A DNA stretch of 64,000 nucleotides from Patescibacteria group bacterium (lineage in GTDB: Bacteria; Patescibacteriota; Patescibacteriia; UBA1558; GWA2-36-10). Numbering within the stretch: the stretch's first letter is position 1; the number at the start of each line of letters is the position of its first letter. Location of the stretch: positions 6,797 through 70,796 of the forward strand of contig JBAYIR010000004.1 of NCBI GenBank assembly GCA_041665505.1. Reading direction: 5' to 3'. The notes under the pieces were generated by a model that saw nothing but the letters and a program-made list of their open reading frames with translations, ran no database searches and was not told where the DNA came from. Shown in pieces: positions 32,510 through 40,080 of this stretch. A program made the translations under genes and the position numbers.

Positions 32510-34555
32510 ATGTTAGAACTAGCAGCATCTTCTATTGGTCTGGTCATTTTAATAGGGTTATTTACTGTTGGAGCAGTAGGCTCATTATTTTTGAGAACAG
32601 ATAAGCCAGCTAATGTTTGGAGTAGTTTTTTTGCTATTATCGGCTCTGTTTGGGGTATATTATTTGCCAGTCTGGTATTCTTTTTCAACCGGGAAATTAT
32701 TTTTTCCTTGACTTCAAGTATTTTTCCACTTTTGTCATTTTCATTTCATATTGATAAGTTAGCTAGTTTTTTTATTTTTACTATTTCACTCATTGCCTTA
32801 TTTTGCTCTATTTATGGGGCTGGTTATATCAAACATTTTTATAAAAAATATGACATTGGTGCTTTTGGATTTTTCTACCACCTGTTTATTTTAGGAATGA
32901 TTTCAGTAGTTATAGCGGCCAATGCTTTATTTTTTTTGCTAGCCTGGGAAATGATGTCTTTAGCCTCATATTTTTTGGTAGTTTATGATCGACATGATAC
33001 GCATAATGTAAAAGCTGGGTTTTTATATTTAGTTATGACTCATGTTGCTACAGCTTTTATTATTGTGGCCTTTTTACTACTGTATAAATTTACTGGGTCA
33101 TTTGATTTTGCTTTAATTCGCTCTAATGCCGAGTTGATTCCTCTCTGGTTAAAAAATACTGTTTTTGTGTTGACCTTAATTGGTTTCGGTACCAAAGCCG
33201 GTATTATACCATTTCATATCTGGTTACCTAGTGCTCATCCAGCTGCACCTTCGCATGTCAGCGCCCTTATGTCTGGTGTCATGATAAAAACTGGTATTTA
33301 CATGATGATTAGAATTTTTTTGGATTTATTACAGCCAGTGCCAGCTTGGTGGGGGCTTACTTTACTAGTAATTGGCTCAGTGTCATCTTTACTAGGTGTT
33401 CTTTACGCTTTGACTGAGCATGATATCAAGAAACTACTGGCTTATCATAGTATTGAAAACATTGGTATAATTTTATTGGGTTTAGGTAGTGCCTTAACTT
33501 TTTATTCTTTGGGGATGCCGTCTTTCGCTTTATTGGGGTTAGTAGCCGCGCTTTTTCACACTTTAAATCACGCTACTTTTAAATCACTATTGTTTTTGAG
33601 TGCTGGTTCAGTAATCAATCAAACGCACACGCGCAACATGGAAGATTATGGTGGTTTGATTAGGTACATGCCCCAGACAGCAGTTTTCTTTTTGATTGGC
33701 TCAATGGCAATTTCCGGCTTGCCTCCTTTCAATGGATTTTTTAGTGAGTGGCTCACTTTTCAGGCTTTGTTTCAAGGTATTATGCATTTTGCCATGATGG
33801 AGAAATCAATTTTTCTTTTGGCCGCAGGTGCCTTGGCTTTTACCGGTGGTTTAGCTTTAGCTTGCTTTGTTAAAGCTTTTGGTGTGATATTTTTGGCCAG
33901 ACCAAGAACTAAAGAAGCAGCTAACTCTCAAGAATCAGCTTGGTCTTTGCGTGTGGGTATGGCATCATTAGCTATATTGTGCTTATTATTTGGCTTATTT
34001 TCTGGCTCGCTAGTATCTTGGTTTACCAGAGTGGCTAATGGTCTAAGAATTTTTCAAGGTATTAATTCTTTTGTATCATCGCCAACTAATCAAATATTGG
34101 TTGCCGACAATAACTTTGCTTCCGTATCGGCCGCTGGTATTCTAGCTTTTTTACTTATCGTCTTGGTGTTAGTGCTTTTGGTATTCAAATATGTTATTCA
34201 TCGCCAACAAAAAATAAAAGTTGGTGCTACTTGGGATTGTGGAGTTGATTTGACTCCGCGAATGGAGATAACTGCTACTGGTTTTGCAAGATCAATTATT
34301 TTGATTTTTAAAGGAGTATTGAGACCTAGTATTCAGCGTGAGGTTGAATATCATGATTCGCAAACTCGCTATTTACCAAAAACTATTACAGTGGTGTCAG
34401 GTATCAATAATGTATATCAGCAATATTTTTATCAGCCTTTGTCCAAAAATGTTATTGCATTTGCACAGTCTGTCAGAAAAATTCAGAATGGTAATGTTAA
34501 TCTTTACATTTTATATATTTTTATTGCTTTAATTATTCTATTATTTTTTGTATAA
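32510..34555 (+). CDS. NuoL/MrpA/HyfB-like antiporter-type membrane subunit
   Basis: About 16 TM helices; motifs HIWLPSAHPAAPSHVSALMSGVMIKTGIY and LLAYHSIENIG typical of complex I antiporter-like subunits. Confidence 0.7.
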   Translation: MLELAASSIGLVILIGLFTVGAVGSLFLRTDKPANVWSSFFAIIGSVWGILFASLVFFFNREIIFSLTSSIFPLLSFSFHIDKLASFFIFTISLIALFCSIYGAGYIKHFYKKYDIGAFGFFYHLFILGMISVVIAANALFFLLAWEMMSLASYFLVVYDRHDTHNVKAGFLYLVMTHVATAFIIVAFLLLYKFTGSFDFALIRSNAELIPLWLKNTVFVLTLIGFGTKAGIIPFHIWLPSAHPAAPSHVSALMSGVMIKTGIYMMIRIFLDLLQPVPAWWGLTLLVIGSVSSLLGVLYALTEHDIKKLLAYHSIENIGIILLGLGSALTFYSLGMPSFALLGLVAALFHTLNHATFKSLLFLSAGSVINQTHTRNMEDYGGLIRYMPQTAVFFLIGSMAISGLPPFNGFFSEWLTFQALFQGIMHFAMMEKSIFLLAAGALAFTGGLALACFVKAFGVIFLARPRTKEAANSQESAWSLRVGMASLAILCLLFGLFSGSLVSWFTRVANGLRIFQGINSFVSSPTNQILVADNNFASVSAAGILAFLLIVLVLVLLVFKYVIHRQQKIKVGATWDCGVDLTPRMEITATGFARSIILIFKGVLRPSIQREVEYHDSQTRYLPKTITVVSGINNVYQQYFYQPLSKNVIAFAQSVRKIQNGNVNLYILYIFIALIILLFFV

Positions 34556-34557
34556 GT

Positions 34558-35490
34558 ATGATGATTTTTATTTGGATGTTACAAATTATTTTGGTGCCAG
34601 CTATTTCTCCGTTAGCCATTGGTCTAATTAATAAAATCAAGGCTCGATTACAAAATCGTCGAGGAGCAAGTATTTTCCAGCCTTATAAGGATATTTGGAA
34701 ATTATTGCACAAAGATGAAGTAGTAAGTCGTGATGCTTCTTGGATTTTTTATTATGCGCCTTATATAGTATTTACTATCACTTTGATTTTAGCAGGCAGC
34801 CTTCCTTTATTTGCCTCATTTTTGAATAATATTATGACTGGCGATTTATTGACGATTGTTTATTTGATTGCTTTTGGTACTTTCTTTTTGGCACTAGCAG
34901 GCTTAGATATTGGTGGAGCTTTTGGTGGTTTCGGTTCTAGTCGTGAAATGACCATATCAGCTTTGGCTGAGGGGGGATTGATTTTTTCTTTATTGGCTGT
35001 AGCTATAAATGTCGGCACTAGCAATCTTTTTGAGATGTCTACTCTTGGTTTTTCATTTTATGATCAACATCTTTTACCAACACTACTAGCCTTAGCTGGA
35101 TTTTTTGTGGTATTGCTCGCAGAAGCAGCTCGTTTTCCTTTTGATAATCCAGCTACTCATTTAGAGCTAACTATGGTTCACGAGGCTATGATTTTAGAAT
35201 ACTCTGGTAAAAGATTAGCTTTAATGGAGTGGTCGGCTGCTAATAAGCTGATTTGTTTTATTGCTATTGGTGCTAATATTTTTTTCCCTTGGGGTTTGGC
35301 TACTAGTGTAGGAGTCAGTGTTTTGATATTAAGTTTAATAATATTTATTTTAAAAATATTTATTTTTTGTGCAGTCATAGCTTTGATTGAATCCAGTATG
35401 GCGAAATTTAGATTTTTTCGTCTGCCAGATTTACTCTTTATTTCTTTTATTCTTAGCGTGATGGCCATCAGCCTCACCCAAATATTATGA
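34558..35490 (+). CDS. NuoH/HycD-like membrane subunit
   Basis: RRGASIFQPYKDIWKLLHKDEV matches the HycD/NuoH N-terminal pattern; 8 TM. Confidence 0.65.
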   Translation: MMIFIWMLQIILVPAISPLAIGLINKIKARLQNRRGASIFQPYKDIWKLLHKDEVVSRDASWIFYYAPYIVFTITLILAGSLPLFASFLNNIMTGDLLTIVYLIAFGTFFLALAGLDIGGAFGGFGSSREMTISALAEGGLIFSLLAVAINVGTSNLFEMSTLGFSFYDQHLLPTLLALAGFFVVLLAEAARFPFDNPATHLELTMVHEAMILEYSGKRLALMEWSAANKLICFIAIGANIFFPWGLATSVGVSVLILSLIIFILKIFIFCAVIALIESSMAKFRFFRLPDLLFISFILSVMAISLTQIL

Positions 35491-36134
35491 GTTTATTTAT
35501 TTCACAATTTTTATTAGCAATTATTTTTCTCACGATTGTTTTTTTGCATGGTGCCAAAAAAAATATGGGAGCAGTGCTTGCTTATAGATTGCAGTCATTA
35601 GCGGTAGTAGCTTTTACATTTAGCTCTTTTTTGGAGACTAGAGATATACTTTTACTTATTGTCTGTTTAGTTATCTTTATAGTAAAAGTTATTTTTGCGC
35701 CAATGTTTTTAGCACGTTTGATTAAAAAACATAAACTTACTTATTCGGTCAGTTCTTACCTCAATGCACCTCTGACTTTGATCATGATCGCCATTTTTAC
35801 TGCTATTGCTTATTCACAAAAATTTGTGCCTTTAACCAATCTCATGCCTGGCCATCAGACATTATTACATCTAGCTCTAGCTTCAATTTTTCTTTCTCTC
35901 TTTTTGATAGTCAATCGCAAAGGTGTGCTCTCTCAGATTATTGGTGTGTTGTCGCTAGAAAACAGTATAGTGACTTTTGTTTTTTATGCTGGTTTGGAGC
36001 AATCACATAGTTTGCAGCTAGGTATTTTATTTGATATTTTTATTTGGATTATTATTGCTATTGTATTTATGTCTATGATTTATCGCCACTATGATTCTTT
36101 GGATGTCAGTCGAATGAAGCAATTAAAAGATTAA
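35487..36134 (+). CDS. HyfE/NuoK-like small membrane subunit
   Basis: 215-aa polytopic protein with IGVLSLENSIVTF motif, located between the NuoH-like and NuoN-like genes as hyfE is in hyf operons. Confidence 0.4.
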   Translation: MSLFISQFLLAIIFLTIVFLHGAKKNMGAVLAYRLQSLAVVAFTFSSFLETRDILLLIVCLVIFIVKVIFAPMFLARLIKKHKLTYSVSSYLNAPLTLIMIAIFTAIAYSQKFVPLTNLMPGHQTLLHLALASIFLSLFLIVNRKGVLSQIIGVLSLENSIVTFVFYAGLEQSHSLQLGILFDIFIWIIIAIVFMSMIYRHYDSLDVSRMKQLKD

Positions 36135-36139
36135 CGCAT

Positions 36140-37582
36140 ATGGAATTACTATTTATTTTTTTACCATTATTAATTGCGGTTTTAGTGGGCTTGCTATCCA
36201 GACAAAGACTACTTATTGAAATTACTTCTGGTGTCGCTATAGGTCTTGCTTTTATTGCAACTATTTTAATAGCTCAAAATGTAGCTGCTTTTGACAGTTA
36301 TAGTCCTTGGCCTATTTTTTCTGTTGATGCACTAGGGGCTATAGTAATGCTTATTATTGCTTGTGTTGGTTTGATGGCTAGTATTTATTCTATTCCGTAT
36401 TTGCGCCAGGAAAGTGCTAAAGGTATCATTGGCTTTACTAGAGTTAGACAATATTTTAATTTATTGAATTTGTTTTTGGCCGTTATGTTTTTTGCCGTGA
36501 CCGCTAGCAATCCAGTAATGACTTGGATTGCCATAGAGCTAACTACTTTATCAACGGCTTTTCTGATTAGTTTTTACAATAAAGCTTCATCTATTGAAGG
36601 AGCTTGGAAATATTTAATTATTAATTCAGTTGGCTTGTTATTGGCATTTTTTGGGACCTTGTTATATTTGACTTCATTAGGAATAAATAGTGATAGTACT
36701 TTTGCTACTTGGAGCGCTTTACTGACTAATGCTCACAATCTAGATCCTCTGATTGCCAAACTAGCTTTTATTTTTGTTTTTATCGGCTATGGTGTTAAAG
36801 TTGGTCTTGCCCCAATGCATACTTGGCTACCTGATGCACATAGTAAATCACCAGCACCAATTAGTGCGCTTCTTTCGGGGGTACTTTTAAATGTTGCTTT
36901 TTTTACGGTGTTAAAATTTAAAATTATCACAGATGTGTCTGTCGGAGGGACGTTCTCAAGTACTATATTGATTAGCTTTGGCTTGTTGTCTATATTTATA
37001 GCAGCCATGATTATTCTGGTCCAAAAAAGTTACAAGCGACTATTGGCTTATTCTAGTATTGAAAATATGGGGATTATGTCACTTGGTTTTGGCTTTGGTG
37101 GCTTTGGTGGTTTTGGCGCTATTCTTCATATGCTATATCATTCGTTTATAAAATCAGCTCTATTTTTACTATCGGGTAATTTTTTACTCAAGTATAGCTC
37201 TGCTAAAATTAAAAACGTGCGTGGTGCTTTATTAGTTATGCCTCTGGCTAGCGTCCTGTTTCTAGTGGGGATTTTTGCTATTGCTGGTGTTCCGCCTTTT
37301 GGTATTTTTTTAACTAAATTATTTATTATCAGTGCAGGCATGTCTACTTATCCTATTGTTAGTATTGTCGCTGTAATTTTATTTTCCGTGGCTTTTGTTG
37401 GTTTATTTAAGCATGCTGGAGCTATGATTTTTGGTGAGCCGTCAGCTGAGATGAAGAAAGAAAAAGAAAATATTTGGTTGATTTTACCATCATTGGTTTT
37501 ACTGTTAACAATTTTCTTTTTGAGTTTTCAGCTGCCAAATTTTTTGTCAGTATTAATTAATGAAGCAGTTAAAGGGTATTAA
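36140..37582 (+). CDS. NuoN/NuoM/MrpD-like antiporter-type membrane subunit
   Basis: HTWLPDAHSKSPAPISALLSGVLLNVAFF and LLAYSSIENMG motifs. Confidence 0.7.
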   Translation: MELLFIFLPLLIAVLVGLLSRQRLLIEITSGVAIGLAFIATILIAQNVAAFDSYSPWPIFSVDALGAIVMLIIACVGLMASIYSIPYLRQESAKGIIGFTRVRQYFNLLNLFLAVMFFAVTASNPVMTWIAIELTTLSTAFLISFYNKASSIEGAWKYLIINSVGLLLAFFGTLLYLTSLGINSDSTFATWSALLTNAHNLDPLIAKLAFIFVFIGYGVKVGLAPMHTWLPDAHSKSPAPISALLSGVLLNVAFFTVLKFKIITDVSVGGTFSSTILISFGLLSIFIAAMIILVQKSYKRLLAYSSIENMGIMSLGFGFGGFGGFGAILHMLYHSFIKSALFLLSGNFLLKYSSAKIKNVRGALLVMPLASVLFLVGIFAIAGVPPFGIFLTKLFIISAGMSTYPIVSIVAVILFSVAFVGLFKHAGAMIFGEPSAEMKKEKENIWLILPSLVLLLTIFFLSFQLPNFLSVLINEAVKGY

Positions 37583-37585
37583 TAT

Positions 37586-39154
37586 ATGAATAAAGAAATA
37601 ATTAAACAATATTTACCAGACAATGTTGATGTGAATTTTTTTGCCAACGTCGCTGTCTTTGAAATAGCTACAGCCAATATTAAAGAAGTAGTAAATTTTT
37701 TGCGTAATGACAAAAATCTTTCATTGAAGTTGGTTACAGCTACCGATGAGCGCAAAGATAGTCATTGTTTTAAAATTTGGTATGTTTTTGGCCTACCTAA
37801 AGAAAATATATTTATTGTGCCTTTTATTAAATTAGAAGATACTTTGGAATTTCCTTCGGTCGCTTTGGCCTGCCAAGAAGCTTTGAATTATGAGCGTAAG
37901 ATCCAAACTTTTTTTGGTTTAGTACCAGTGGGACATACTGATCCTAGGTCTATTATTTTGCATGAAAATTGGCCAGCTAATATTTTCCCTTTGAGAAAAG
38001 ATTTTGACTGGCAATCCAGACCAGCTGTAGTCGAAGGGACTTATCAATTTAATCGGGTCAAGGGCGAGGGGATATATGAGATACCAGTCGGTCCTATTCA
38101 CGCTGGTATTATTGAGCCAGGGCATTTTCGTTTTAGCGTGGCTGGAGAAACTATAGTGTCATTAGAACCGCGTTTGGGTTTCACACACAAAGGTAGTGAA
38201 AAGTTGTTTGAACATTTTTCATTAGCCGATAGTGTGCGACTGGCTGAAAAAATTTCTGGTGACAGCTCTCTTAGTCACTCTTTGGCTTTTTGTCAGACCA
38301 TAGAGAGTTTAGCTGATTTGAAATTGCCAAAGCGGGCTGCTTATTTGCGGGTCATTTTTGCTGAGCTAGAGCGTCTAGCCAATCACTTTGGCGATATTGG
38401 GGCTATTATGCTGGACACGGGATTTAATTTTGGTGGTGCGCAAGGATCAAGATTGCGTGAGATGATTATGCAAATTAACGAGCGTTTGACTGGTAGTAGA
38501 TTTTTGCGTTCAGTCAATACTATTGGTGGAGTGCAAAAAGATTTAACAGAGGCTGAAATAAGCCAGCTAGCCAAAAGCTTAGAGATAATAGCCAAAGATT
38601 TTTCTGAAGTCATAGAAATTGCTGAAAATAGTTCATCATTAGTCAATCGTCTTCAAGACACTGGTAAGCTTACTCAGGCTTTTGCTAAAAGTCATGGCGT
38701 AGTTGGTGTGGCGGCTAGAGCTACTGGTATCGGATGTGATACGCGGGCTGATTTTCCTTATGCCGCTTATCAAGAATTATTTTTAGATAGAATTGAAACA
38801 GAAAACACTGGTGATGTTTGCGCACGATTTTATGTCCGCATCAAAGAAGTCAGAGCGTCCATAGCTATAATTGATGGTGCTTTGAAAGCTATACCTAAGG
38901 GACTCATCAAAACTAGTGATACTATTGTTCTCAAAAAAAATGCTTGTGCTATAGCTCTGGTAGAGGGTTGGCGAGGAGAGATTTTGTATTTTATCACCAC
39001 CGACGCGCAAGGGCAGATTAGTAGAGTTGTACCTCGTGATCCTTCTTTTCTGAATTGGAATGTCTTGGGTAAAGTTGGTGTAAATAATATAGTACCAGAT
39101 TTTCCTTTGATTAATAAAAGTTTTAATTTGTCCTATACGGGTAATGATTTGTAG
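37586..39154 (+). CDS. NuoC-NuoD fusion / HycE-like large subunit lacking both NiFe-binding CxxC motifs
   Basis: NuoC-like ALNYERKIQTFFGLVPVGHTDPRSIIL; NuoD-like VGPIHAGIIEPGHFRF...GFTHKGSEKLFE; N-terminal RxCGxC position reads RLAEKISGD; C-terminal DPCxxCxxH position reads DPSFLNWNV. Confidence 0.7.
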   Translation: MNKEIIKQYLPDNVDVNFFANVAVFEIATANIKEVVNFLRNDKNLSLKLVTATDERKDSHCFKIWYVFGLPKENIFIVPFIKLEDTLEFPSVALACQEALNYERKIQTFFGLVPVGHTDPRSIILHENWPANIFPLRKDFDWQSRPAVVEGTYQFNRVKGEGIYEIPVGPIHAGIIEPGHFRFSVAGETIVSLEPRLGFTHKGSEKLFEHFSLADSVRLAEKISGDSSLSHSLAFCQTIESLADLKLPKRAAYLRVIFAELERLANHFGDIGAIMLDTGFNFGGAQGSRLREMIMQINERLTGSRFLRSVNTIGGVQKDLTEAEISQLAKSLEIIAKDFSEVIEIAENSSSLVNRLQDTGKLTQAFAKSHGVVGVAARATGIGCDTRADFPYAAYQELFLDRIETENTGDVCARFYVRIKEVRASIAIIDGALKAIPKGLIKTSDTIVLKKNACAIALVEGWRGEILYFITTDAQGQISRVVPRDPSFLNWNVLGKVGVNNIVPDFPLINKSFNLSYTGNDL

Positions 39155-39205
39155 ATGTTAGTATAAGAGGTCATGTTAGACATAGTAAAAATTTTATATT
39201 TTTAT

Positions 39206-39233
39206 AAAAACCCCCTATTTTAGGGGGTTTTTA
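39206..39233 (+). terminator. strong rho-independent terminator ending the atp/complex-I-like transcription unit
   Basis: aaaaaccccctattttagggggttttt; 7-bp G/C stem flanked by A/T runs (bidirectional in appearance). Confidence 0.7.
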
Positions 39234-39379
39234 AAATTTTATATATTGACTATTTGGCTAAGGTATGATACAATTTTCCTTCATTATAGAATGTGCTATT
39301 AGAAGCTCAGTTAAAATAAGATGTAATAAATTACCAATTATTTTATCTGGGCTGCTAGTCAGCTCAATTAGTTCAATTC

Positions 39380-39925
39380 ATGACAGGACTGTCTTCTACA
39401 GGAGGTTGGCTCTTGAATAAGTGTTACGATGCCACTGGCGCCCCGTGCATGGATGGAGATTATTTTCCGCTTTTTCATGCGAAAGTAATCTCCATGTGTG
39501 GTCGGCTTGTTGACTTACTCCCTCAACCTGGGGGTGCCAAAACCCTCAGAACAGCCAATCTCTCGGCTCATGAGTTTGCCGGCAGATTCGTCAGCGTTTC
39601 TGTCGCCAAGCATGGTATCAGAACTATCGTCATTGGCACCCACCTTCAATGTGCCGCCTACGAGAAGTTTGGGCTTTCTTTGTCCGAAGAAGAAGCACTC
39701 CAGCGCCAGCATATTGAGAGAGCAGTTCGCTTTCTTAATGATTACGTCCCGATGGGGATCCAACACTACCTCAAGGAGGAAAAACTTCCCGAGCATGAAG
39801 TGCAGAACTTGGAGACCGTTTTGGAGAGCGGTATAATCATCCAAGCTCTGCTCATCAAGCCGTACGATATGTCGCGGCGCATCAAGGAACCTTCTGAAGA
39901 GTGTTTTGTGGAGCAAGTGCTCTGA
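39380..39925 (+). CDS. hypothetical protein encoded in GC-rich island B (alternative TTG start at 39413 preceded by AGGAGG with a 7-nt spacer)
   Basis: 170-181 aa ORF; GC content far above the backbone; canonical SD; followed by its own terminator; no family recognised. Confidence 0.4.
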   Translation: MTGLSSTGGWLLNKCYDATGAPCMDGDYFPLFHAKVISMCGRLVDLLPQPGGAKTLRTANLSAHEFAGRFVSVSVAKHGIRTIVIGTHLQCAAYEKFGLSLSEEEALQRQHIERAVRFLNDYVPMGIQHYLKEEKLPEHEVQNLETVLESGIIIQALLIKPYDMSRRIKEPSEECFVEQVL

Positions 39926-40010
39926 CCTACAATGTCCTTTTCATTTTTGTTGCCACCGCCCTTATCACTGGTGGCCCAGTTCTATACTTCTGCCCAAGCG
40001 CGGGCAGGGG

Positions 40011-40047
40011 ACTCTCGTCTTTAGAGGGCAGACGAGAGTTTTTTTTA
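40011..40047 (+). terminator. rho-independent terminator after the island B gene
   Basis: actctcgtc tttagagggca gacgagagt + ttttttttt (perfect 9-bp stem + T9); preceded by a second hairpin ctgcccaagcgcgggcag. Confidence 0.7.
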
Positions 40048-40080
40048 CTTTTGATTTTTCTATTGTTATGCGCTAAAATT

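Noticed and set aside
37081-37110. Direct repeat ggctttggtggctttggtggttttggc
   Set aside because: It is in-frame and encodes GFGGFGGFG in a loop of the NuoN-like subunit. It is a simple coding repeat, not a regulatory or CRISPR repeat.
39901-40080. ORF-track N-terminal extension of the helicase back to 39901 (overlapping the island B gene)
   Set aside because: The extension crosses two terminator hairpins, is GC-rich and foreign-like, and gives low-complexity translation. A conserved helicase N-terminus with Walker A begins at the ATG at 40081.
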